DNA of 64,000 nucleotides from Trichoplax sp. H2 (lineage: Eukaryota). Within the stretch, counting starts at the first letter, position 1, and every line of letters begins with the position of its first letter. The DNA is taken from assembly GCA_003344405.1 (NCBI GenBank), contig NOWV01000028.1, forward strand, positions 124,001 to 188,000, read 5' to 3'. Shown here piece by piece: positions 51,138 to 64,000 of the stretch. A program made the translations under genes and the position numbers. The notes under the pieces are model-generated. The model saw only the letters and a list, made by a program, of their open reading frames with translations, did not search any database and was not told the origin of the DNA.

Positions 51138-53043
51138 ATGGCGTGTGAAACTGAAACAGAGGTCCCCGAACCGAATCCACATTGGGTCAATTCAAGTTTG
51201 ATAACAGCTTGGTCGACGGCTTTCCAAATCCATAACTATTTTTTTGCCGCCTGTTTCCTCATCTTGACTGTTTACGCTGGCATTTGTCTGCTGACATACG
51301 GCAAAGTTTTATTTAAAAAGCATTTCTACTTTGCCATTAATGGCATGCTATTATTTCTTGGTATAGTTCGAACATGCTTTTTAATAATTGATCCATACGA
51401 ATCTGCTAATGCTCTTCATCGTTATGGTAATGAGACCTACATGCTACCGATAGGATCACGTCTGCTATTTGGATTGGGGTATCCGTGTTTAACATCAGCT
51501 TTTTCACTCATTTTTTTGGCTATTTTTAACTGTGTTAGAGTCAAAGTGGTTTCTCCTAAAATACATCGTCCCGTGGTTATCATAGCAATCGTAGTAATTC
51601 ACTTTACGGTAAGAAAATACAAACAATATTATACTAAGAAATTCAATTCGACAGAGTTTATTAAGATCAAGGTTATGACACAATATGATACTGAAAAGTA
51701 TTTTTACCATATCTTAAATATTCTTCAACATAGCAATCTGCTTCACGGGCTGTTATTCATAAGAACTACCCTTCAAGTGCAAGTTTCTGCACCCTATTTT
51801 AATACCTGTAATGTATGGGTTCTTAACCCAATTATGTAATTTATGTGAACCTTATCATCCTTTTAGCTAATGTAATTGATACTTAATTTATTAAGACATG
51901 CAGTTCCACTCTATATACTGCTCTATCACTGTATTTCTCTTACAAATGACTACTGTAATTAGCTAAAATCACTACAACACTACTCCACTTTATTTAATTA
52001 CACAAACAACAAAAGAAAATATCAATCAGAGTACATTTTAGTGATTAGGCTAACTTGATCTACCATACTTCATTTTTCGAGAATAAATTGGCCAGTAGCA
52101 TCTACTGCATTCTGCAATTATAGAAAATGGCAACAAGACAATAAATAATCACATTTTCTGACTTAGAATCAAAGCCTACTTTATAACTTCTGCATAATCG
52201 TGTGTACTTCAAACTCGATACTATTTAATAGCCGATATGTTGAACGGCATTGTGATTTTATTACTAGGAATAACATATCCGATTATAAGTGCAACGCCCC
52301 ATTTTAGGAATAACTATTGGACGCTTTAGTTTAGTATAACTTACACTTTAAACAGATACAATCATAAGAAAACTATAAATTATCACTAAGTAAAATCTCG
52401 ATAAAACCATTGGGGGTACAGCAGTAGTCAGAATTACTAACAAAACAATTCCTTCATTTATTCATAGATTGTACTGGTAGCGGATATAACTACTGCGCTC
52501 TGTGGTAACGCTAAAATGTTACTGGTTGTATGTCAAAGCTTTTTCATCATTTGGGGAGTTATCCTTTGTACAGCTTATTTAGTGTGTGGATATCGTATAT
52601 TAGCATTTACAAGCAGAAATAGTAAAACCTTAGTGACACTCTCGGCAAGTAGTACTTATTTCAATATCCAGGAACAAAGTCTGCAAAAAAAGTCGATTAG
52701 CGGTAAAGTATCCAAGGCAATCATTACATCAACATCTTTCCCTAAATCTATACCAAAAACTGTCCATAAAACTTTAAGAATAACCATATTAACAGCATTA
52801 TTGGGATTAATATGCGTTATACTGAACTGTTATTCTCTCTTTGGAATCTATGGGGTCTTAGCACCTCCGCATTTCCCAGATCCATGGCTATGGTTGATTT
52901 ATCAAACGATGTTTCGATTTTTTGAGCTATCTATGGCTGTGGTCATGGCGTATACTACCAACGGATCCAAAAAGAAACGCCCTAAAAGTTCCCGGTCTTC
53001 ATTTAAAACTGCAGCTGATGGATTGAGTGCCTCTAAGGCATAG
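51138..53043 (+). CDS. PRRT3/PRRT4-like multi-pass membrane protein, paralog B, ~348 aa
   Basis: Exons 51138-51608 (donor GTAAGA) and 52468-53043. Motifs PEPNPHW, RTCFLIIDPY, YPCLTSAF, PDPWLWLIYQTMFRFFE. Confidence 0.85.
51680..51950 (-). mobile_element. Decayed RTE-like LINE ORF fragment in the intron of paralog B
   Basis: Minus-strand translation with stops, VLK*GAETCT*R...RLLC*RIFKIW, resembles the post-RT motif VLLYGAETWTL...RRILKISW of RTE-clade elements. Confidence 0.45.
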
Positions 53044-56004
53044 TTTCAGTGGCAAGATCTTGCATTATTAAATTTACTTTGATGAGTTAGGTGATCGATG
53101 TTAAGGAAAAGTGGCCACTAGCCTCACTTTACCGAAAAGTAACATTATCGCCTCAACTAAATATTAAAGTTAAAAATATTAATATGCGTATTTTATACGC
53201 ATCAGCTGTATTGCAAGTATTGTCATGACTGCTGATCTTTCATCCTAACTACATGAAAAGCAGTCAGTGATAAATTTTTACCAAGTGGAATGAATTGTCC
53301 TGTGCCTATTTTTAATAGTGAACGTTATCTAAGAGATATACGGTAATTATTGCAAGCTAGTTACTTTTTCAATAAATCTTATTAATATACTATAAATCCT
53401 TCATTTTCATGCTGATGGAAGACAACGATTTAATCTTTTATCTACTAAAAGTAACTACACTAAACCAGATTTAAAATTTATACCCTGATTTAGAAACAAA
53501 ATTGCTTTGAAGTAAAAGTTCCGTCATCGAATAGCTTACTGCGTTCGCCATTAAATTGCTCTTATGTACAGTGCTCCATCGTAGCAATTATAGTTTAGTA
53601 TTAACCTTCAAATAAGAATATTTATTTGTTTGGCAAATGCCTTTATAATGATGGTGGCTAGACTTCTTAACATAGTTAGAAACAAAAGTAAACTATAAGA
53701 GAAGTAAGGCCAGTCAAAAGTGCTTTTAATATAATATTGCATTACGATTTAACAGCACAAATGAAATATTAATATAAAGATTGAAATTATTCAAGCTACA
53801 CTCTTTCCAAGTTGAACGGATGCTGAGCAATAAGAATTTTTCAAAATTACTTTTACACTGGATAAATCAAAATAATGAAAAAGAATACACTGTACAAATA
53901 TTGAAGGAAGTGGTATCAATGTTATATTTTTAGTTTTGCTAGTTGCTAGTCGATATCGATTATGGAATAATGGTCGAACGGAGTTGTTAATAGGATTGAT
54001 CAATAATATAACTGTTACGGTCAATCCCGGATATGCATCGACTTCACTCTATTAGCTAAACGATATAGAAAGCATGCTATAGTTAGCATTAAAGTATTCA
54101 AGATCAGTTTTGATCAAGTGTTTGAAATTAATCCCATAAAATGATTTGCTAGTTACTGAACTTGAAAATTGCTGTCTACAAGTATATAGAAATGAATAAT
54201 ATTACGAAGTTAGTTCTCGATATCGTTTCCAGATGAAAGTAAAAATATGATTCGTTAAAAAAATTGCAATTACTCACTCTGCTTAAGAATGGTCTCATCA
54301 TGTAGCATGATTGACTATATCTTGACTCGATCTCACTAATAAAACTGTGCCTAACTAGTTCTAGGTAAAAATCGGCTTTATTACAGTTTAAGATAAGGAG
54401 CTTTATGTAAAGTATGGACTTACTAAAGGTAATATTAAGGTGAACGTTAAATAGATTAAAGTACTGAAATTCCTTCAGTTTTGTTCTCATATTTTAAAAA
54501 AGTTTTCGTTTGCTTACTGAGATACAACTTTACAATATCTTCTTCATAATCATTACGGCTTATAAACCAAATCTTTGAAATTAATACTGTAGCAATTAAA
54601 TAGCCCAACCACACTTTAAAGCTAGAAATAGAAATTAATCATTGTCGGCATTTGGTTAATTTAAAGACTAGAAATTGCTATCGTAAAGTACTAAACGTCC
54701 GTAATCAGTTTCTATACTTAAATAACAAAAACCATCAAATTTTTGAAACAAATTCTACCAAATATGCATCTACTCTACTTTAGTTAATCATGCTTCAAAA
54801 TGACCTAAACGTAATATTTATTTTACATTGCCAACGTGAATATAGAAGATATTAAGATGCTGAAATTTATCAACACAGATCATACTCCACTTCATTCGGG
54901 AAGATTGCGTCATAAAAATATTAGTAATTAATTTATACGAGTGAATTTAACAAAATTTAGAATTTAGACAATAATTTATAAACTGTGCTACGCTTATTTT
55001 AAGGCTATTGAGGCATTCGATACAGTTTAATTTTAGCAAGAGGAAAATATAAGAGCTGCAAGAGAATAAATAAATTGCATAGATAAACATTAAGTGTTTA
55101 TGTATGTGCAATAAACAGGACAGCTATTAAAAGAATTATTATAGTGTGCGTAATTATTTGGCCATATATCGTACAGATAACTCGGTACAATGCAGCACGC
55201 TACATATTTTTAAGGATAAATTCAAATTTTAAACCCCCCAAAATTATAATCAGTAATAATTTTGGTAATGATCGAAACTTGCTACAACGATGACCATGTA
55301 AACATTTCAACAAACTAGAATATGTATAGCATTATAGATTATTCTGTTACAGATATTAGAAGCCAATTAGATACTATAACAAAATTTTTTTACAGTTCCT
55401 CTTGCATCTTCGCTTCTATTGAATAGCATGATTAGATCATACATTGATAGATGTTATTTAGTGATAAAGAAAGTAAAAATGGGACACAAAAATCGAGATA
55501 TCCTCCACTACTTGTAAAGTATTGTTAGCATTATCACATTACATAAAATGATTGTTTAATAAATTGAGAATCCTTAATATCTATTATAGTATTTAAATTT
55601 CGTAAAACCACCTCAATTAAGTAATAGCAACAGCCTAGATTAGTTTTTTCTGTCTCAAAGCATAATGAACTGTAAGAATTTCATAAATATTTGACAGAAA
55701 AGAAACACCTGGTGCACGAACTAAAGCCAGGAATTTGTTTTTACAGACTCGAATTTCACTAAAACATCTATATTATATAAAAACAGTATCCTTCATTACT
55801 TCAATACTATTTGAAGCTATACAGAATCGGTTAGACTATTGCTGATTTTGAATCTATTTAAAGATAAGAGATTTTTTTATTATTATAAAATTTACTATTA
55901 ACATTTGAAACCAACTTAAAATATGACTGCACCTAATAATATTGTGCTGATGAGCAATAGAAAGGATTAAATCTGACAAGGTAGGACTGTATATCATACC
56001 GACC

Positions 56005-58580
56005 CTATACTTTCCAATCCGCTGTGCGAATTGCAGTAGTTTTACTAGATAGAGTACCATTTTTTGATGGTCGATTAGTAGTATATGCCATAACAACAGC
56101 CATACCTAATTCTACTATTCTAAAAAGACTTTGATACATGAGCCAAGGCCAAGGTGCTGGAAAATGTGGTGGTGCTAAAACGCCATATATGCCAAATAGT
56201 GAATAAATATTCATGATAACACAACACATACCTAATATCGCAGAATAAATCGTGATTCTAGTTATTTTTTTTACACTTGTACACACTGCTGTTGATTTAG
56301 GAGCTATAGAAGACTTCTTTCGTAGTCTAACATAGGAAGAATTTGGCATAATACCGGCAGTAGTGGATGATGTTGATGTTGATACTGTTGCCGATTGCAC
56401 TGCTAGTACTTTATGGCTGCATTTAGTAAAGGATAAAATACGATAGCCACAGATTAGGTACGATACACAAATAACTGCACCCCAAATAATGAAGAAACTT
56501 TGACAGACTATCAGTAAATCTTTATATCCACCACAGAAGGCAACTGTTGTATCAGCTGAGATAACAATCTAAAATAGGAAAGGTCAAGCACGGCAGCTAT
56601 TAAAAATCATAAAATTATGAAATTGATCTATAATTTTGTTTTGTATACTTTCAGAAATTTATTTACGATTTACTATAGCTATTTGGCATTAAATATATCC
56701 ACGAAATCTATAGCCTAAAGTATAGGAAGATCAATCTAATATGCTGCCCATTGCAAAAACTTAAGCCTTCAAGTATCATCACATTCTTCTCTATCATCAG
56801 ATCGGACGTAAAACACATCTACTGATAATTATGTAATATAAGCTACAGATGGTTCAAAATTAACAAGATATTCTATATATTATCAATAAAATCATATGAA
56901 AGCGTTAATAAATATTTTAAGTACAGGAAGCTTGTAATTGAATGCAACAAGGCTTTACAAGGCCCAATAAAAGATACTTTGTGTTCTTCAAGTAGTACAT
57001 TGACTACCATATTAGAGATTCGTTCTGCAAACTGAAAGATTTACTTTTTTACAGAAGTATTATTTTTAATTTGAATATAAAAGGATCTGATTTTTATATT
57101 ATGCCTTCTGTTTTCAATAAATAGAAATGATTGATTTATAGTCATTCATGAACTGGAATTCACTATTAAAAATTAATTCACATAGAAAATGATAGGGACA
57201 TCAAAAAACAATATAAGACCGTTTGCTATCAATTATGAAACTAATCCACTGCTATTTTTGCACCAATTTGCTGCGATGGCATGATTGAAATACTGATGAG
57301 AGAAGAAGGACAGTAGTAAGGGTAGTTGATAATTACTGATGTAATAATTAAAAACAGTGTCAAATTCTACTTTAAGTAGCGAATCAACAAGCGAAAAGTA
57401 ACACCGATTAACTAGGGATGACTAAACCATATAGATTCCATCATTTTTAGAAAAGACGGCTAGCCACTAAACTAATATTTACCATATAATGTTACAGTTA
57501 TGTGAATAAGCAAATTTTTCACTATAATACATACTTTCTAACAGACAATTTCATTAAAATTAAAGGCTATGCCCGTTGCCTAATTGGAAATATATCATTT
57601 GATATTTTCAATTTAAGAACATACGATAATATTTGATTTAATTTCAACCCAAGCCCTTAGTCGTGCTCTGTAAAATTGGTAACGCTATTTTTATGCCATG
57701 AAATTAGTGCTATTGTACAAGACAGATAATTTATTAGTATATCTGTAATAGATATTAACAAGGTTATTAACATCATATTGCTAGATCGTTATATAAATTT
57801 TATCTCAGGCGCTAGTATGTAGAAAAAGCGTTGTAGAAGAAAACTATAGGATACTACTCGGGCGGTTACATAATTTAGCCTAAAATCTAATTTAAGTAAA
57901 AAATTTTCAAGTCTAGCTGCTTCAAAATCAAAAATACAATTATCGTAATAGTGACAGTAAATTACTGGTAATCATTTAAGCATTGGAAATTTAGAAAATG
58001 TGATAAATTCTTTTAAGATCTGGCTAAAATGAAATTTTGGCCATGAAAACCTTTTAAGGAGCATAGGAAATAAAACTAGATTAACGATTAGATCATGACA
58101 TAAACTTACAGCAAAATGAAGCGTTACGATAGATATAATGAGAGCTGGATGTTGTACTTTCTTAGAGACAGCTTTGACTTTAACGCAATTTATGATAGCT
58201 AAGAATATTAAGGTAAACGCAGAAGTTAAGCAAGGATAACCTAAGCCATGAAGAACTCTAGTTGTCACCGGCAACAAATGAGTATCATTGCCAAAACGTT
58301 GCAAACCATTGCCCGACTCATAGGGATCATAGATGAGAAAAGCCGTTCTTACTACAGCAAAAAAGATCAAAAGGAAATTTATTGCCAAAAAAAAACGCTT
58401 TTTAAAGACTCTTCTACCATGATCTACTACTGAAACGAGAGCGTATATACCAATACATCCAAAACATGTCGCAAAAAAGTAAATATGAAATTGAAATACG
58501 ATAAACCAAGAATGTGTAGCACTTGAATTAACCCAGTGTGGATTAGGTTCAGGTACAGCAGCATCTACTTGACATGGCAT
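56005..58580 (-). CDS. PRRT3/PRRT4-like multi-pass membrane protein, paralog C (convergent with B), ~344 aa
   Basis: Exons 58580-58110 (donor GTAAGT) and 56568-56005. Motifs PEPNPHW, RTAFLIYDPY, YPCLTSAF, PAPWPWLMYQSLFRIVE. Confidence 0.85.
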
Positions 58581-59904
58581 ATTTATTGTACAAATTTATT
58601 TTTATCGACTAAACTAACAAAGCAAGACAGTGAAAAGAACGGGGGAAATGATCCAGATATATCCAATTAGGAATAAATGAACAAAACCGATGATCAAAGG
58701 ATTTTCGAAAGTATTATTACTTACTAGTGCGTAATAGCAAATTTAAGGCTTAAAAATTTTGTCGTTCTTACTTCAAAAATAAGTACAATAAGTGAAAAAG
58801 GAATAAAATATCTAGAAATATTTTATCTCCTTGTATTTGTAATTTGAAGTTTACTTCACCGACTAAGAAGTAGTTAAATGTTTAAGAAAGTATTCGTAAG
58901 AATAAAATTTTAAATTATTTCACTGCTGTAACTATGCATGGAAAATCTTGCAAACGCAAAGAGAGAAATAATAAAAAGATAATGGTAAAGAAGAAATGTT
59001 TATGGAGATAAATTCAGCTCTAATGGAGGGTAGTATATAAATCACTGCACCGAAGTAATAAATCAATTACACAAATTTTTATCAGTTTAACCAATATTAA
59101 TCTAAAAGACGCTGGCAATAATAAACCAAAGGCTAACAATGTGCTGACTTTTATAGCAAATAAAGTGGGATGGAGACATGTAGTCAAAAATTGCAAAGCT
59201 TAATATAAAATCTTTTAAGTTTTCTGAAATATGATTATTAATAATTCCTGTGCCGGAACAAGTGCTATAGAATCAATGATATTACTATATTATTAAATGC
59301 TATTTTTTGTTGATATCGATAAAAATAATGACAAAAATAATTTATTAAATCCTTGAATAAAATAATAAAATATTAATGAAGACGAATATCACATACAGCT
59401 ACAAACTTAAATCAGTTCGACTAGGCCTTGCGGTCGATGACAGCTATCGACCACATTAAAAATCAACAATTATTTATGCTGAATTATATTCAATGCTATC
59501 GTAAATAAAAAAAGGTTGGCATAATAACTCTTCTATTGTTACTATTTTGTAGATATTATTGTCGTCATCATCTAGGAAAATAAAATCAATGGAGGCCTTG
59601 ACACTAGTACCCCTCCCTATATACTTATATCTACTGCTTGATTAAAATATATCTACGACTGCCATCAGGGGCTAATATGAAAGTAAGATTTCGTAGGACA
59701 AAACTCTACTGTAGATCAAGCTGTTTCTGATAATAATTGGTATGAAACAGGTTAAAATTTAATATTTTTCCGGAGCTTAAGCTCATTTTTCATCATCAAT
59801 ATTGATTACGACCCGAAGATATAAAGTTGAGAATTATTTATTTATGTATCGATGGGTTACTATCATGTCTGACCAGATGTTACTGCTTTTATTGATAAGT
59901 ACTG

Positions 59905-60180
59905 TTATATTATGATATTATAGAGTGAGATAATCAATAAGATTGAAAAGTTGTTATGATCATCAATATTAATACCAAGATACTGTATGCTAGTTTTTGT
60001 AAGGAATAGTGAATTAGAGCGGAAGACATACGTAATATTACGGCTAACTATTGCTCTAACAGAATGGTGCTGTAATATTAGATTAATAGTAGTATTATTT
60101 ATTCTAAACTTTTCCAATTCATTCAATTAGCTTGATATTGAATCGAAACAATTACAAAATTAGCGTTAACTCAAATAAAT
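59905..60180 (-). mobile_element. Possible decayed non-LTR retrotransposon RT fragment
   Basis: ORF contains SIQYLGINIDDHNNF, like the KYLG(V/I)xID..L.F motif at the end of CR1/L2/Jockey-type RTs. Confidence 0.35.
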
Positions 60181-61000
60181 TATTTGAATAGAATGCATGA
60201 GACCTCAACTTCTATTAGTCTATATTCACTATCCTATTATTTAGCAGATGTTTTCCATCAAATGTCAATTAATATAGATAATTATTATTATCTATTCAAA
60301 ATGTTATCATATTGTAATTTTGCCATTTGGCTGTTTTTTAATAAGCAATTGGCTTATATAACTAATTGGAACTGACTAGGCCAATTTCAATGATTTATGG
60401 GAAAGAACCATTAGGAAGTTACACTCATATTCACAGATATTAGTAATATTTCATGAACATGTAATCATGATCTCGCCCTTTGTCATTCTCTTCATTGACG
60501 AGCTTGTGTATTATAATTACTTATGGAGTATAATTTTAACTACAAGAATACTTGATCAAAACTCTTTATGGGAAAAATTATGACGATTCTATCTTCAACG
60601 TTGCAAAACTTAAAATGTGTAGTCAGTCTTATATATGAGTGTGCTATCCACAAGTACGTTTGTGAACGAAGAACTTTCTTCTATTCGATTTGATTATAGT
60701 TTTGCTCCTAGAATTCTTATTAGCCTACTATAGTTTATTTTCATAGGCAAAGCGATATACCATTGAATAAAGTTCAATTAACCCTACAACAGACGATGCT
60801 ATTTTAAACGGATGATGTTACTGCATCAAGAATTATAACTTTAATTTTTACATGTATAAAATCAAACACCATAAAATTGATATAAAATCTAATAAAATTC
60901 AATCAATAACTTGTATGTAGGAATCTTATATTAAATTTCGAAGGTTAGAGTTTTATTAGTCTATCACCAAGCAATTAGAGTTGACATAGGTATTCGTCAG

Positions 61001-61435
61001 TGTCACGGTGCGAACTACCGTGAAGAAATAGATATCTAAATTTGGTTAATATAATATAGTGATATTATATTACAACTAGTTACTTACAATAGGAATTACT
61101 CTAATTATAAATGTGTTACAGTAAATTTATTGCTGTGCTGTAATGTGTGCTGAAATGATTCTGTGAATGGACATATTGTAGTCTGACTGTGAAAAACTAG
61201 TTAGTAGATGTTCTCACCCAAGTATTTTTATAAGATGACTTGTGAATGTTAGCTGCTGTAGAAGGGTATATAAACCCGTCAGATAGTTGAATAAAGCAGT
61301 TCTCAATTGTATAGTTGTTTTAACGTAGAATCAAAGGCATCTAAATTCTTGTGAGTAGGGATACTGAATCCGGGAGACTATAGAGATTTAGAGATTTGTT
61401 TTACGTTATCCTTGTCACGAAGCTGGTTTGTGACA
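61001..61435 (+). mobile_element. Solo LTR-like element, 435 bp
   Basis: Starts TGTCAC and ends GTGACA (perfect inverted termini); 5-bp direct repeat GTCAG at 60996-61000 and 61436-61440; internal TATATAAA (61267) then AATAAA (61290); homologous to 38326-38891. Confidence 0.85.
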
Positions 61436-64000
61436 GTCAGGTATAAATCTATCTGGCCGACATCCTGTCTTCTATATTTTTCGATATCCATCAAAAATAA
61501 ATTTATTTTTTTCTTTATAAACAATGACTTAAAAATGAATATATATCGAAATTTATTAACTGCTTAAATTTGCTGAACTAGACAATCACGTTATATGACA
61601 TGATATAATAATTACAGTAGTTGGAATTTAGCACTGAACTAAATCATGATTTTATTCAAAATAATATAATAGGCTGACAGCAAATCTAAACCATTCCTTT
61701 TTAAAGATTTTGTTCGTGTTAGGATAATCTCTTATTATTTGCGATAAATTATTATTACTTAAGTAAGTCATAGTTTGTTACTTTCATAATTACAGAATCT
61801 GAAATTATACCCGTCAAAGGTCAATGTAACATCAATTATGCTATCATACAATTAAGTCGTTAATGTCAACTAGATGCGGTATCCGACAAGAAAGTTTATT
61901 TTTAAAGTTCTTCAATTATCACACTATAGGTGCGTTGACATCGCCTCGATTTTACTAATTATACTGTAGAATACTCAAATTATCTAATTGTTGTTAAGAA
62001 CAAGAAATAAAAGGTACAACTATTTACTGCATTCGTATAATTATTGAAAGTTAATTTACAAGATTTGAAGCGTGCAGTATGAATCGTAACAATTATGTAA
62101 TCTGTAAATTATCTGCGATAAAGTTGGTAGTGCACAGAAGATTACCTAATTAGCAATTGCTCTGCAAATTTAGTTATGAGGTACTTATCTATTTACCGCA
62201 AAAGACTTACAATGAATTATTGATGAATAGGAAGATGATCAAGTCTTTACTCAACATCAAATAGCTGGAGTAAATCCATATAATAGGTATTCTAACGAGT
62301 AACTACTGTTACAGATAAATACCGTTACGATCATTATATGCCAATTATCATTGACAAAAACCTCAACATTACTTCATCTTCCTCCCATAGGAATAAGTAA
62401 GTGTATGAAATAGGTCAATCTTAGAATGAATTAATTGCCGGTAATATTCATGGCCATGCTAATTTCACAATTAAATGAATAGTGCAAAATTGAACTTTAA
62501 CTTAAACAATTTCAAGACATTCATTTTACGAGGTCTAGTTTGAAGCTAAAGTACTTACCCTGTTTCTGGTATTTAAGAAAAATCTTATGCCGAAAAAATA
62601 GGATAATAGCTCGGATGGTTAATATAATTACAGTTCAATTATGTCTAATTTATCATTAACTTTTTCCAGAGATATTTAAACGCCTAATAATATCTCAATC
62701 TATTTTTTATTATACGCTAATTTACATGGTATGAAACATTCGAAATTAAAATCACTACTTAGTCTATAATTTAAATGGAAGAAAGAAGTTGAATCCCATT
62801 CAAATTCAACAACATAAAAGCTCAGAGATGATATTTTTTGCCTAAGTACATAGAGTATTATAAACTTGAAAGATGTCCAGTAAGGCAAGAATATAAGTAA
62901 TATCCATGGTACTGCTAAATATAATTGCACATTTCTTAATTATTAAAGGCTATAGAAGATGGCTTAGTCGATGTTTCGAATTGTCTGAACTGAGAAACCT
63001 ATCAGCTAATCCCAGTGACAGTGAAGTATGATCTAAAACTGTTAAAATAAAATATCTAATAATTTCACCTACTACAGTTTTTGTTTTCAATTCAAATTTT
63101 AGTCAGGAGAGATTCTATCAGTTGCTATTCAAATGGACAGCATCTCAGATTGACCTTTGTATACTTCTAAGGATGGGAATAACTGAAAATAGCGAAAAAT
63201 TATTTCAATTTCTGTTGCAATGTTAGTCTATTGCTCATTACGTAGGTATGGTATAACTAATCAGATATGTATATCAAGTAAGCGAAATTTTCCGTGAGCA
63301 CATCCTCTCGCCCAAATTCTTCGTCACCATTGAAGGAGAATCTTAACCCTTAGCAATTTCGCTTTTATCATTTTTACTACTGCCCTATACTTTATTTGAT
63401 AATATTTTTAATCAAGAGCTCTCTCAAATGAGGACGGCAGTCAGTACTGTCTTTTTTGCTTGGTCATTTTATATGCATAACTATGAATATTGATTGGAGG
63501 TTTTAATTTAGCTTGCGATTAAAACTGCAAGCTGCTTATAGCCCATAATTTAATCTGAAATTTTCTATCTACAATTAAATATTTATTCTACAAATATAAC
63601 TCTAGTTTAGCACCTGTATACTAGCAAATTAAAGATTATTATAGGAATTTTCGCTTCTAGTATATAGCATATACCAGTAGAACTCATGCATTAATTAATG
63701 TCATTCGACAATAAATAAATCAAATACAAGATATATCGTAAAAGTGTAGAATAACTCATTACCATTTTGAGAATACTATAGTTATTTTTATTGAAAGAAA
63801 ACAGTATCATGAATCTGGAATCTTTACATCTTTGAAATTACTTGAATTTCTCGGAATTAAATTGATTAAGTTATGATATCAGATAAGATTGGTTTATATC
63901 GAACCTTTTTAAAATGTAAGTTCTTCATAAATATCATGCAGAAAATGAAAATCTATAAATTAAAGTCTGTAATATATATTTATAGACTCGAATCTCACTA

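Noticed and set aside
51609..51839. C-terminal extension of the 233-aa ORF (likewise ends of 41290-41793 and 57972-58580)
   Set aside because: Read-through into the intron; the same donor position after 471 nt is present in all three paralogs.
53222..53275. SECIS element in the 3' region of paralog B
   Set aside because: The TGAC pairs canonically with GTCA rather than forming the non-Watson-Crick quartet, and the CDS has no in-frame TGA.

Overview
AT-rich eukaryotic (animal) genomic scaffold with short GT-AG introns and four 20-N assembly gaps (252-271, 4992-5011, 6225-6244, 49450-49469). Gene content and compactness suggest an early-branching metazoan, possibly a placozoan such as Trichoplax; this is inference only. 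I assembled eight spliced gene models by hand, all with consistent splice phases: an intronless class A GPCR, a 9-exon receptor tyrosine kinase whose ectodomain is essentially one Frizzled-type CRD, an SLC7 cationic amino acid transporter, a 4-exon gene encoding an apparently catalytically dead, C-terminally truncated tyrosine-recombinase-like protein (best candidate for something undescribed), SEC62 with a C-terminal LIR, and three paralogous minimal PRRT3/PRRT4-like 7TM genes. Non-coding highlights: related solo-LTR-like elements with 5-bp TSDs, two captured as filled versus empty haplotypes across gaps; dense TACAGTA/TACTGTA arrays at the 5' ends of two housekeeping-type genes; a dup-inv-dup double hairpin; and a possible structured RNA divergent from SEC62. 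No database searches were run.
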